From Candidatus Heimdallarchaeota archaeon (GTDB lineage: Archaea; Asgardarchaeota; Heimdallarchaeia; Heimdallarchaeales; Heimdallarchaeaceae): a stretch of 37,562 nucleotides of DNA. This document shows positions 17,931 through 27,927 of the stretch, in pieces. Within the stretch, counting starts at the first letter, position 1; every line of letters starts with the position of its first letter. The notes beneath the pieces were generated by a model. It had not been told where the DNA came from and ran no database searches. It saw only the letters and a program-made list of their open reading frames with translations. The DNA is taken from contig JAEOSZ010000019.1 in assembly GCA_016840095.1 (NCBI GenBank), positions 1 to 37,562 on the forward strand. The letters run 5' to 3'. The position numbers were made by a program, and so were the translations under genes.

Positions 17931-18926
17931 ATGAGTGATGATGATTTTGTCTTACCTGTACTTCCAGAATATCAACCTTGTTGGATTTCCTATTTAGGAG
18001 CAGCTTCAGGAATTCTGAGATCTTTAGGAAAGATGGTAGGTATTGATCAAGTTGGCGGATACAGTGGCTGGTCGTTTTTAGTCAATATTCATACAAAAGA
18101 TCTCTGTCCTTCAGGACCTACAGCTCACAAAGCATATGGAGAGATTATTAAGGGAACAGAAAGCTTAGGATTCAATGTATCTGGAATAAATCAACCCGAT
18201 CTAATTACTGAAGATGAGGGAGAGGTTAAACAAGATGTTTTATTTGAAAGATTCTTCACTAAATTGAAGCAAGATCTTAACAAACTGAACAAACCAGCAA
18301 TCATTTGGGGAATTCCTGTTCCAGAATATGGAATAGTTTATGGTTTCAGTGGTGATTCGTACATAGTAAGTACCCTTAGGCATTTACACAATCAACCAGA
18401 AGACCCAATAAAATTCAATGAATTGCAAGCTCCAGGTGGTTTACACGCATTCTACTTCACTGATGAGAATGAAGGGATAACTGAAGAGAAAAATAAAGAA
18501 GCAATAGAGAGAGCCATAAGAATGGCAAAAGGAGATGGATTTACTGTTCCAAATTATGTTGCTGGTCCGATGGCATTTGATGTCTGGGCTTCTATTTTGG
18601 AAAAAGGAGAATTTGACAAAAACTCTTACCATGGGAATAGCTATAATGCTGCATGTACCCATGAGGGTTTGCATGTCTCAGCTGAATTCCTATATAGTTT
18701 AGCAATAGAATTTTCTGGAACACAAATGGAAGATTTTCTTAAGAAAGCTTCAACAGAATATGAAGAAGCAGCTGACCTTATGAAAGAATTTGTTGAAATT
18801 TTTCCATTTGGATTTGAAGGAAAATTATCTAAAGATAACTGTCTAAAAGGTGTTGAACTACTAAGAACTATCAAACCCAAAATAGAAAAAGCTATTCATT
18901 TCATGAAAGATGCAATTTCAAACTAG
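17931..18926 (+). CDS. Hypothetical protein, possibly BtrH/C39-like N-domain plus a helical C-domain
   Basis: 331-aa soluble ORF. The GYSGWSF..CPSGP..PAIIWG..EYGIVYG pattern is only tentatively recognised. Confidence 0.5.
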   Translation: MSDDDFVLPVLPEYQPCWISYLGAASGILRSLGKMVGIDQVGGYSGWSFLVNIHTKDLCPSGPTAHKAYGEIIKGTESLGFNVSGINQPDLITEDEGEVKQDVLFERFFTKLKQDLNKLNKPAIIWGIPVPEYGIVYGFSGDSYIVSTLRHLHNQPEDPIKFNELQAPGGLHAFYFTDENEGITEEKNKEAIERAIRMAKGDGFTVPNYVAGPMAFDVWASILEKGEFDKNSYHGNSYNAACTHEGLHVSAEFLYSLAIEFSGTQMEDFLKKASTEYEEAADLMKEFVEIFPFGFEGKLSKDNCLKGVELLRTIKPKIEKAIHFMKDAISN

Positions 18927-19126
18927 AATTTTATTCAACTTTAGCCTGCCATTCAACATTTTGTTTGCCCTACTTTACGAAAAAAGTATTTTTAAGAGCA
19001 AAATAGGTGAAATTTTCAAGAAACTTCCAAAAATCTACAGCTTTCTTACTTAGGTAGTTGTTTGTTAAAGATAATAATAGAAAGAATCAATTTTCATTAT
19101 AGAGCTTCTAAAAAAAGCATAAAAAT

Positions 19127-19387
19127 CTACTCAAGAGGCCATCTATTCTCCTCTAATGGATTCCCACATTTTCTACAAACATTATGTTTGAATTGAGGAT
19201 AACCAAATTTATCTAGTCCATTCTCAATTTTTATTGCTTGAGTACAGATAAAATCAAAATTACAATGAGAACAATGAAAGTAAGTAACAGGTTTTTTTAA
19301 CATCGGCGAAATCATCTGTCTAGGGCAAGAAGACCGCCCAACTGCCTTAGAACAATCACAAACCAGATGATTTCCTACGACAGTCAT
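19127..19387 (-). CDS. Small 8-Cys putative double-Zn-binding protein (copy 1)
   Basis: Ungapped paralog of 36880..37203. Confidence 0.8.
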   Translation of the reverse strand: MTVVGNHLVCDCSKAVGRSSCPRQMISPMLKKPVTYFHCSHCNFDFICTQAIKIENGLDKFGYPQFKHNVCRKCGNPLEENRWPLE

Positions 19388-19458
19388 GAGTTAAATCCAA
19401 ATGACCCCAATAAAAGATTTTGCATATATAAAAAAGAGAAAAAAAGAAACAAAAGTGA

Positions 19459-19926
19459 TTAAGGAATGTTAATCGGTATACTACCTAAATCTTGAGCTAA
19501 GAAGTTCAAAGGAATTCCGATATATATAGGTACTACAGTAATTAATGCTTCCAGAGATATAGAACCGCCTCCTGTTATAAGAGCGACTACATCAAGCTCA
19601 AAATTAACAGTAAATTCTACCGTCTGGTTGGTACCTAATTTCACAGTTGCTTCTATAGGATCACCAAAAGTTGATGACCCATTCATAATTACAACATCTA
19701 ATCTTGCTGATTTAGGTATGTAACCAAGTTTCGGTGTTGAAACCGTTGTTGTCACATCAACGGAGCTATTATCAGGTGCTAGAGTGATTACAGGAGTTGA
19801 ATAGGAGAATGCTCCCGGATTATCGTTGAAAGTTTTCCAACTCAAATAAACATCTATACCAATAACTGCGCCCCCAGCTAAAATCAACAGAAAAATGACC
19901 AGAAAAACTTTTACGCCAGTTTTCAT
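19459..19926 (-). CDS. Membrane-anchored beta-rich hypothetical protein
   Basis: N-terminal K + hydrophobic helix followed by a Thr/Val-rich beta domain. Confidence 0.7.
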   Translation of the reverse strand: MKTGVKVFLVIFLLILAGGAVIGIDVYLSWKTFNDNPGAFSYSTPVITLAPDNSSVDVTTTVSTPKLGYIPKSARLDVVIMNGSSTFGDPIEATVKLGTNQTVEFTVNFELDVVALITGGGSISLEALITVVPIYIGIPLNFLAQDLGSIPINIP

Positions 19927-20051
19927 AACTAATTAAGGGCAACCCAACAATATAAACGTTTGCAGATTGCAAAAGACTCAATCACTTCCTAAATAATTGG
20001 TTGAAGGTTGCCAACTAATCTTTATATATTACTAAAGGAGGTTAAAGCTTT

Positions 20052-20927
20052 ATGACTAAAAATTTTGGAATCATTACTGATTCTGGTGCTGATTTCAGTT
20101 TAGATTATATGAAAGAAAATGATGTAGTTCTTATACCAACTAGAATTATGATTGGTGAAGCAGAATATATCGATCGCAATAATATTACTAGAGATGAAAT
20201 CATTGATTTGATGCTCAATGAAAAGGTTAAAACATCTACTTCAGTAGCTACTCCTGCTGATTTTCATCAAATAATTTCAGATACTCTTGAAAAACATAAT
20301 CAGGTTCTCTTTATAGGTATTAGTACTAAAATGTCTGCAACCATACAAAATGCACTTTTAACCGCTAAAAGATTGAAAACTGAGAATTTTACTGCTTTTG
20401 ATACAGAGACTGTATCTTGGGGTATGACATTTCTCCTTGATCATGCAGTAAGAAGAAGAGACCAAGGGATCTCATTAGATAGGGTTATTGAAGAACTAAA
20501 TCAAATGAAATCTAATCTTAAACTTTTCTTCATGGTAGATACTCTTGAGTATCTAAGAAGAGGAGGTAGGATAGGTGCAGCAAAAAGTCTTCTTGGAACA
20601 CTTATAGGAGCTAAACCTCTACTTACTGTTGAAGATGGAGAAATATCAGCTGCAGAAACAGTCAAAAGTTTTGAAACAGGAATGGAATTCTTTGAAAGAA
20701 TACTAGATGAAAAAACTAAGGAATACGAAAACTATGTTATAGCAATTATCTATGGAATTGAAACTCCAGAATTTATAGATTTTTCACAAAAAGTTAAAAC
20801 AAAATATGCTCCTCTAGTTTTTCACTATGCACCAATCGGTGCTAATATCATCAGTCATGCTGGACCAAAGTTATTCGGTTTTGGTATTATTAAAATTCCA
20901 GATGAAGCAATAGAAGCTTACAAATAA
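20052..20927 (+). CDS. DegV/FakB-family fatty-acid-binding protein (copy 1)
   Basis: IITDSGAD, STS, ISTKMSAT, LEYLRRGGRIG, KPLL, SHAGP; GGAGG site. Confidence 0.92.
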   Translation: MTKNFGIITDSGADFSLDYMKENDVVLIPTRIMIGEAEYIDRNNITRDEIIDLMLNEKVKTSTSVATPADFHQIISDTLEKHNQVLFIGISTKMSATIQNALLTAKRLKTENFTAFDTETVSWGMTFLLDHAVRRRDQGISLDRVIEELNQMKSNLKLFFMVDTLEYLRRGGRIGAAKSLLGTLIGAKPLLTVEDGEISAAETVKSFETGMEFFERILDEKTKEYENYVIAIIYGIETPEFIDFSQKVKTKYAPLVFHYAPIGANIISHAGPKLFGFGIIKIPDEAIEAYK

Positions 20928-20987
20928 GTTTCTAGCTTTCTTCATTTTTCGATAAAGTATTTATTCTATAATTACTATTCATTTCTA

Positions 20988-21527
20988 ATGACCTATTCAA
21001 TTAAAGATTTTACTTCATTAAAACAAATTCCTAACCAAAGGTTAGAAAAAATATTAGTTCTCCTTATAGAAGAGATTGATGTAAATTATGTAGATAAAAG
21101 AGATCAACCTTTAACTTGGAGTATTAATCACATGTATTCTTGTTCTCATTTGAGTAAACTTGTAGCTCTGACAAGAGGTTTAGAACCAGAAATTGCAGGA
21201 ATTGCAGGAGCAATTCATGATTTATACCTCATTAGAACAGGAATTTTTAAAGAGCATGGTCCTAAGGGAGAAGCTTTAGTTCGGGAATTTCTAACTGATT
21301 ATAATGTTGCATTTGGAGAAGAATTTGGATTAATTTCTGAAGATGAATTCGAGAAAATATGTCTAGCAACAAAATTCCACACTGATAAGAAAAATCAATC
21401 TGATAACAAATTCATTGAATTGATTAAAGATACTGATGCCTTTGATAGATTACTCCATGGTCATAAAATACCAGAACACTATCAACCTAGATGTAAAGCA
21501 GTTCTAAAAAATCTAAATCTTAACTAG
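20988..21527 (+). CDS. HD-domain protein
   Basis: H..(AGAI)HD..HG..H..D.D metal-ligand pattern. Confidence 0.8.
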   Translation: MTYSIKDFTSLKQIPNQRLEKILVLLIEEIDVNYVDKRDQPLTWSINHMYSCSHLSKLVALTRGLEPEIAGIAGAIHDLYLIRTGIFKEHGPKGEALVREFLTDYNVAFGEEFGLISEDEFEKICLATKFHTDKKNQSDNKFIELIKDTDAFDRLLHGHKIPEHYQPRCKAVLKNLNLN

Positions 21528-21625
21528 TACATTATATATTACCAAATATTCAAATAACATTTTTAAAATAGTAAAGATTTCTTGGCTATATTCGGTTCTA
21601 GAAATCAAATAAAGTAGGGTAATCT

Positions 21626-24229
21626 ATGAAAAAATATCCAAAAACTATTATAAAATTTTCATTAATATTGATAGTTACAGTTGGGCTATTAACAGCTCTT
21701 TCAATACCTTTAGGTCTTTATCCAAAGTTGGGAAGTTTCCTATTTCCAGGTGAAGGTAGCATTTGGTCGATTCCTCAGGAAATCTCCGTGCAAGAAACTC
21801 TCAAAGTTGCAGGGCTGGAAAATGAAGTTACAGTGTATAGAGATCAATGGGGAGTTCCTCATATTTATGGTGAATCTGAGAAGGATATCATGTTTGCATT
21901 AGGATATGTACAAGCTCAGGATAGACTATTTCAGATGGATATGGCGAGAAGAGCTACTAGAGGGAAATTATCTGAGATATTAGGTCCTAGTATGCTGGAA
22001 TCTGATCAATTCAGCTTAAACAAGCTCAAAGACTATTGGGCTATTCAAACTTATGAATACATGAGAGATAGTCTGGACCTAGCTGATATTGAGATGTTTA
22101 GTATTCTAAATTCTTATACAGATGGTGTAAATTATTATATTGAAAATGCTAAAACATTACCACTGGAATTTCTTTTCTTAAGCTATCAACCAGATTTATG
22201 GTCACCAATTGATTCCTTAGCTTTTGTCAAATATATGTCAGAAATGCTTACTTGGGATTATACAGATTTTACAACTCTTAGAATTCATGATGCTATAGGT
22301 AGAGAAGCTTTCAATGAATTATTCGGTTATCCTCTACCCTATCAAATCCCTGTAACATCAAATTATGGCAGTTATTTAATGAATACTCAAAACATAGATG
22401 AACAAGAAGTAACTTCTTCAGATATATCACATCAAATATCAGAGTTAGTATCTCAGTTTATGAGTGACATAATTAATATTCCAGGAGAGAAAGAATTCAT
22501 TGAACAAAGTTACCAAGTTGGATCAAATAATAATGCTGTCAATGGTAGCAAAACACTTTCTGGAAAACCTATTCTTTCCAATGATATGCATCTAAGCTAC
22601 AATCTTCCTGGAATTTGGTATGAAGCTCATCTTGTTGACCAAAGCCCAGGATCAGATTTCAATGTGTACGGATTTTATCTAGCTGGTGTCCCCTATCAAA
22701 TTGTTGGTCACAATAATTATGTTGGTTGGGGAATGACAAATACTGGAATTGACGTTCTAGATTGGTACTATTACAAAGGAATTAATGATACCCATTATTG
22801 GTACAATGATACAGAAACAGCTTATGAAACAATAGAATATAATATTCCTATCAAAGGACAAAATCCTGATAATTTCATCATTAAAACTACGGTGCATGGT
22901 CCAGTATTTACGAACCTTTTTGACACAAATGTTTACTCTGATTATGTTAATGATGTTATTGCTTGCAAGTGGATTGCACAAAATGTGAGTTTTGAGTTTA
23001 AAACGATTTATGGCTGGTCTCATGCAAGAAACAAAGGAGAATTTGATTTAGCATCAAGTCATTTTACAACTCCAGCACAAAATGTTATCTACGGAGACAT
23101 AGATGGTAACATTGCAATAAGACCTACAGGTAAAATGCCATTACGAGATGATACTAGTATCCCTGGATGGCACTATGGAAACGGTTCTATGCCGTATAAC
23201 GGTTCAGCAGCTCAAGGAGAGTGGCAAGGATTTATCCCATTTGAAGAAATTCCTCACACTGTAAATCCTGATCAAGGATTTATTGTTTCTGCAAACCAAA
23301 TTACAGCAGGACCAGATTTTCTCAATAACTACACCATCCAGAATCCTTTGGATATTGCTTCAGGTTACCGTGCTAGAAGAATCAATGAATTACTAGCAGA
23401 TGCTGAAGATTTAACAATAGAAGATCTAAAAGAAATCCAATTAGATGTTTATTCTACTCGAGCAGGAAACTTTACTCCAATATTTATTGATGTTTTAGCT
23501 CCTATTTCAGCAAAAACATCTACTGAGCTAGCTGCTTTCAACCTTCTTGATAGTTGGGATTATATAATGGATAGAGATTCCGCAGCCGCTTCTGTTTATT
23601 ATATCATATCAGAGATATTTCTAGAAGAAACCTTCAAGGACGAAATGGATCAAGCTGAATGTCCAAGAACACCAAATCATGCTGTACTTGAATGGCTATC
23701 TGTAAATAATGTATCTTCAATTTGGTTTGACAATATCACAACTCCAGAAGTAGAAACAAGAGATGAGATAATCATCAAATCATTTAGAATTGCAGTAGAT
23801 GCACTGGAAGAATTCTTCCAAACAGATGATGTAACAGAATGGAAATGGGGTGAAATAAACCAACTAAAAATCCCTCACATTACTGGATTGTCATCACTAG
23901 GTTATGGACCAATCCCTGTTGATGGATCTGATTCAACACCAAACGTCATCTGGATGAGATCAGTTTGGAGGGATGGAAAAATATTTGTTTCTGAAGCAAG
24001 GGGAGGTGCTTCTGAAAGATTGATTATTGACTTTTCAAATCTAAATAACACTTTGTCAGTTATTCCTTCTGGACAAAGAGCAATTTCTTTTTCAAAGCAC
24101 TATACAGATCAGCTAGAACTGTTTCTTAATGGAGAATATCATGTGCAGTATTTTACCTCTGATTCAGTTGAAAAATTCAAAGAAGAATGGATAGAAAGTA
24201 CTATTCACTTCAAACCAGGAGGTAGCTAA
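21626..24229 (+). CDS. Penicillin acylase family Ntn-hydrolase with an N-terminal membrane anchor
   Basis: RDQWGVPHIY, AQDRLFQMD, GSNN (Ser nucleophile), NDMHL, HGPV, SANQ, HYTDQL. Confidence 0.93.
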   Translation: MKKYPKTIIKFSLILIVTVGLLTALSIPLGLYPKLGSFLFPGEGSIWSIPQEISVQETLKVAGLENEVTVYRDQWGVPHIYGESEKDIMFALGYVQAQDRLFQMDMARRATRGKLSEILGPSMLESDQFSLNKLKDYWAIQTYEYMRDSLDLADIEMFSILNSYTDGVNYYIENAKTLPLEFLFLSYQPDLWSPIDSLAFVKYMSEMLTWDYTDFTTLRIHDAIGREAFNELFGYPLPYQIPVTSNYGSYLMNTQNIDEQEVTSSDISHQISELVSQFMSDIINIPGEKEFIEQSYQVGSNNNAVNGSKTLSGKPILSNDMHLSYNLPGIWYEAHLVDQSPGSDFNVYGFYLAGVPYQIVGHNNYVGWGMTNTGIDVLDWYYYKGINDTHYWYNDTETAYETIEYNIPIKGQNPDNFIIKTTVHGPVFTNLFDTNVYSDYVNDVIACKWIAQNVSFEFKTIYGWSHARNKGEFDLASSHFTTPAQNVIYGDIDGNIAIRPTGKMPLRDDTSIPGWHYGNGSMPYNGSAAQGEWQGFIPFEEIPHTVNPDQGFIVSANQITAGPDFLNNYTIQNPLDIASGYRARRINELLADAEDLTIEDLKEIQLDVYSTRAGNFTPIFIDVLAPISAKTSTELAAFNLLDSWDYIMDRDSAAASVYYIISEIFLEETFKDEMDQAECPRTPNHAVLEWLSVNNVSSIWFDNITTPEVETRDEIIIKSFRIAVDALEEFFQTDDVTEWKWGEINQLKIPHITGLSSLGYGPIPVDGSDSTPNVIWMRSVWRDGKIFVSEARGGASERLIIDFSNLNNTLSVIPSGQRAISFSKHYTDQLELFLNGEYHVQYFTSDSVEKFKEEWIESTIHFKPGGS

Positions 24230-24230
24230 A

Positions 24231-24656
24231 ATGAGCATCAAAAATACTTTCATTCGAGGATTTCGAAGAACAATTGAAGAAGAGAAACTTTTCCTAGGTA
24301 TAGCTATTAGTTTTGTTCTTGCACTAATATTTTCATTAACTACTTTATGGCATTTTTCTCTTCTGGCAGCAATTATAGGAGGTTTATTTTATTCTAAGAT
24401 GAGTAAAGGAGCATTAGCTGGCCTTATTGGAGTAGGTGGGGCATGGTCAATTGTTATAGTAATCGAACTAATTGCTACAGATATATCTGTACTGTTAAAT
24501 CAAATAAGTGGAATAATTATTGGTAGCACATCATTAGGATGGTTATTCATCATAATAGTGATTTTAGTTGCATTAATATTTGGAGCTTTAGGAGGATCTT
24601 TAGGAACAGGAATAATGATTATTATATTCGAAAGAAAAAGAAAAGAAGATGAATAA
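24231..24656 (+). CDS. Small Gly-rich 4-TM membrane protein, co-transcribed with the acylase
   Basis: 1-nt gap after the acylase stop; GGAGG site; hydrophobic helices with GALGG. Confidence 0.75.
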   Translation: MSIKNTFIRGFRRTIEEEKLFLGIAISFVLALIFSLTTLWHFSLLAAIIGGLFYSKMSKGALAGLIGVGGAWSIVIVIELIATDISVLLNQISGIIIGSTSLGWLFIIIVILVALIFGALGGSLGTGIMIIIFERKRKEDE

Positions 24657-24746
24657 TTTCCAATCAATTTGGTAAAAATACTAACTGATTTATCTTTGAC
24701 TTATTTGTAGGTAAATCTTATTAGTATTCATTTTTTAGTTTTAAAG

Positions 24747-26147
24747 ATGAACATTAAGATCTTGAAGGCTAAACTTAGTAGAGAGTTTAAGCTTAGAAAA
24801 CAACTGCTCAGTTATATTCTACTTGCTGTTGCGATTTTTTCAATATCTTTTAGCATTCATTTCTTAATATCTGAATGGTTCATTGATTTCAATGAAGGAA
24901 TGCCAGCTTATGACCACCCTTCTGGACCTTTATGGGAAGCGGTAAGTGATGGTGAATTTATTTATCCAGAATATGTATATGCCTTCAGGTTTGAAAATTG
25001 GGATATATATGATTCCTCATACGATTTCCCTTTAGATGTTTATTACTATGGACCTTTTTTTGTTTATGTCTTGACTTTTATTTCTTTATTCATTGGCCTG
25101 TTTAATCCAAGTTTATCAAATACTGAAATTTCCTATAATACGGTATTTTTTTCCTCGCATCTGTTTGATGCTTTGAACTCGGTTATGATTTTTCTAATAT
25201 TAATTAAAATTAAGAATGATGGAGAGATAAAAAGGAGAAGAATTCTGCTTTCTAGCTTTTTGGCAATTTGTTATAATCTTATGCCAATGGTCCTTTTTTA
25301 CAACGGCATAATGGGACTTAATTCCTATATGTTTACTTTTTTTACTTTATTATCACTATACTTCTATTGCGAAAGAAAAACAGTACTCTCAAGTGTTACC
25401 TTAGCTCTTTCTTTTCTTACAAAACAGACTTCTCTCTTCTTCTTACCAGTATGGTTTCTAATCCTAGCTAGAAATGACTTAAAAGAGAGTATTAAATATT
25501 TAGTGACATTTTTGATCGCATACATCTATCTCTCAATTCCCTGGATATTCATGCACCCTGCCTACTATAACGGAGTCCTGTTTGCTCAAGGATATTCAGG
25601 AATAGTTGATCTTTCTCTTGACTATCTTCGTCCAGCAAATCTGTTCCACTCCTTATTTTATCTAGGAGCAACTAAACTTGCTACGGGTTATTATTGGTTA
25701 AACAAATTCTACATCCCATTCATTATCTTCTCATTGGTTTTCTATCGAATATCTCTTTTGAAAGGTGATTTGTTGAACAAAGATTTCTCTAGTTTCTTCT
25801 CGTTTAATGCGATTTATATCATTGGGATTCATGTTTTCCTTTCGAGAGGTATATACAAAAATTACTATCCTTTTTTGTTTCCATTTATATTAATTGCTAT
25901 CTCTGAATGGGTTCTCAATATGGAGAAAAACTGGAAAATAATTCTTGTGTCACTAACCGCTGTAATATGGTTAGTAGGAGTTAACATCCTCATTATATGG
26001 TTGATTAAATGGCTTCATCCTCTGCTCATTTTACTTTTTTGGTTACCTCTATTTTTCACTTATAACAAGGATATGCATCTTGCTTTGTTCAAAAAAGAAA
26101 ATTACATAAAAACCAGAAGTTACTTCAGCTCACTTCTTCAAAGCTAG
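24747..26147 (+). CDS. Polytopic GT-C (GT87/PIG-M-like) membrane glycosyltransferase
   Basis: Acidic first loop, YYGP, LTKQ, IPW and terminal YYP motifs; about 10-11 TM helices; paralog of 1..938. Confidence 0.65.
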   Translation: MNIKILKAKLSREFKLRKQLLSYILLAVAIFSISFSIHFLISEWFIDFNEGMPAYDHPSGPLWEAVSDGEFIYPEYVYAFRFENWDIYDSSYDFPLDVYYYGPFFVYVLTFISLFIGLFNPSLSNTEISYNTVFFSSHLFDALNSVMIFLILIKIKNDGEIKRRRILLSSFLAICYNLMPMVLFYNGIMGLNSYMFTFFTLLSLYFYCERKTVLSSVTLALSFLTKQTSLFFLPVWFLILARNDLKESIKYLVTFLIAYIYLSIPWIFMHPAYYNGVLFAQGYSGIVDLSLDYLRPANLFHSLFYLGATKLATGYYWLNKFYIPFIIFSLVFYRISLLKGDLLNKDFSSFFSFNAIYIIGIHVFLSRGIYKNYYPFLFPFILIAISEWVLNMEKNWKIILVSLTAVIWLVGVNILIIWLIKWLHPLLILLFWLPLFFTYNKDMHLALFKKENYIKTRSYFSSLLQS

Positions 26148-26195
26148 AGATTATTGAGAAAAACTAAGAATATCTGAAGAGAAATATCCCCCAAA

Positions 26196-27011
26196 CTATT
26201 CACTTTCATCCAGTTCTAAAGAGGTTATATCACTCCCCTTTAATCCTACAGTCTCGAAAATTAATTCTTCCGTTTCTCCACCTATACTGATACCTCTATT
26301 CTTCGTAAGTGTCCAGATAATAAACAAGAATGGTGTTCCTGAGTTAAATTCAATAAGAGTGTTAAAAAGAAGTACAGTAACTAAATCTGTAGCAGGTCTT
26401 ATTCCAGCTGCTAGTAAAGAAATTTCCATTCCAAAATGCACAATCACCCCTATTAGTACAAGATAGCCTATCTGCTTCCAAGTTACTGACTTAAATGGTT
26501 CCCAAATATATTTGAAAAGAATTATTGCTGAGAATCCTCCAAGAGCCATACCTATTTGTAGCCACCTTCCTGAAACCATTTCTCTAACTATGAAAACTGT
26601 ATCATCTGCTAAAGGTAGAATTTTGGGGAAGAAAGCAACAAAAAACCAACCAATATAAAGAAACATGGTCCAGTACATCTTCTTTCTCCATCCCTTCGCG
26701 CTAAACATAACTGCTACATAACTAAATTCAATCATCCCATATGTAAATGAGAAGTAAATCAAAAATAGCAGCGGTCCCCATGCAGGTCCTAAATTTGTGA
26801 AGAAATCTGGTAAGGAGTAGATCTTTCTTGTTCCTTTAACCGTGTACCAAAGAACATAATCAAATAAGAAAACAACAACTGTTCCAAATAAACCAATTAA
26901 CCATTGAAGGATGTACTTCTTGCGAATAAGAAAAGCCATCCAAATAATGCAAAAAAGGATATCTAGAATGATAAATTCAGCACCAAAGTTTCTTACAACT
27001 TCATGGACCAT
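26196..27011 (-). CDS. Hypothetical multi-pass membrane protein
   Basis: About 7 hydrophobic segments. Confidence 0.7.
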   Translation of the reverse strand: MVHEVVRNFGAEFIILDILFCIIWMAFLIRKKYILQWLIGLFGTVVVFLFDYVLWYTVKGTRKIYSLPDFFTNLGPAWGPLLFLIYFSFTYGMIEFSYVAVMFSAKGWRKKMYWTMFLYIGWFFVAFFPKILPLADDTVFIVREMVSGRWLQIGMALGGFSAIILFKYIWEPFKSVTWKQIGYLVLIGVIVHFGMEISLLAAGIRPATDLVTVLLFNTLIEFNSGTPFLFIIWTLTKNRGISIGGETEELIFETVGLKGSDITSLELDESE

Positions 27012-27053
27012 AGTGTTATGAAAATAATAGTTTTTCTTAAAGCTTTTGCAAAT

Positions 27054-27860
27054 TTAGATGAAATTCTTGATGAGATAATCAGTCCATTTTGAAGGGAAAA
27101 ATTCTAAGAGTCTTCTTTGCTTATTGTTCTTAACTTTGTATCTTAGTTTTGGTTTCTTCTTATGGAGAGCTTTGTAAACTGCTCTAGCTACATATATTGG
27201 ATTAGCATATTTTTCTTTTTCAAGAACTGTCCAAACTCTTGACATTTCAACTTCAAATTCAGAATCCTTGAGATACTTGCGATAACTTTCAACAGTTTTT
27301 TCTGGTAAACTTGTGTCAATTGCTCCAGGTTGAATCGCAATTACTTTCATATCGAGAAAATCAAATTCACGTCTTAAGGAATCAGTGAAAGCTTCAATTG
27401 AATATTTAGTCATAGAGTATGGTCCATTAAAGGGAAAAGCGATTCTACCAACTTCAGAACTCATGTTAATAACTCGCCCTCTTTTAGCTTTAAGTAAATG
27501 AAAGAATGCTTTAGTTACTCTCACAAATCCTAATACATTTACATCGAAAATCTTCTCAAAATCAGCTACTTCAACCTCTACTAGTGGGCCTCCAAAAAAC
27601 AGTCCTGCATTATTGACTAGACAATCAATTCCATCTGTAATTTGTTCAGTTGCTATCACAGCTTCCTCAATGCTTCTTGAATCTGTAACATCCATAACAA
27701 TACTGTGAATATTCTTTTTAGAGTTATATTTCTCTAAACCTTGAGAATCATAATCAGCAGCAATAACTACTTCACCTTTTTGAACTAAGAATTCTGTTAT
27801 TGCTTTACCAATACCATGAGCTGCACCTGTGACTAAAGTAATTTTTGAATCTCTTTTCAT
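27054..27860 (-). CDS. Short-chain dehydrogenase/reductase
   Basis: TGAAHGIG, NNAG, SS, YSMTK (YxxxK), PG. Confidence 0.95.
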   Translation of the reverse strand: MKRDSKITLVTGAAHGIGKAITEFLVQKGEVVIAADYDSQGLEKYNSKKNIHSIVMDVTDSRSIEEAVIATEQITDGIDCLVNNAGLFFGGPLVEVEVADFEKIFDVNVLGFVRVTKAFFHLLKAKRGRVINMSSEVGRIAFPFNGPYSMTKYSIEAFTDSLRREFDFLDMKVIAIQPGAIDTSLPEKTVESYRKYLKDSEFEVEMSRVWTVLEKEKYANPIYVARAVYKALHKKKPKLRYKVKNNKQRRLLEFFPSKWTDYLIKNFI

Positions 27861-27927
27861 TCTAACCAGCAGTTCTTAGGTTTAATGACTTGAATATAAA
27901 ACTAATGTAAAATGATAACCCAGATCT

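Noticed and set aside
19959-19973. TTTGCA-GAT-TGCAAA inverted repeat upstream of degV
   Set aside because: Short AT-rich arms and no convincing second copy at the other degV
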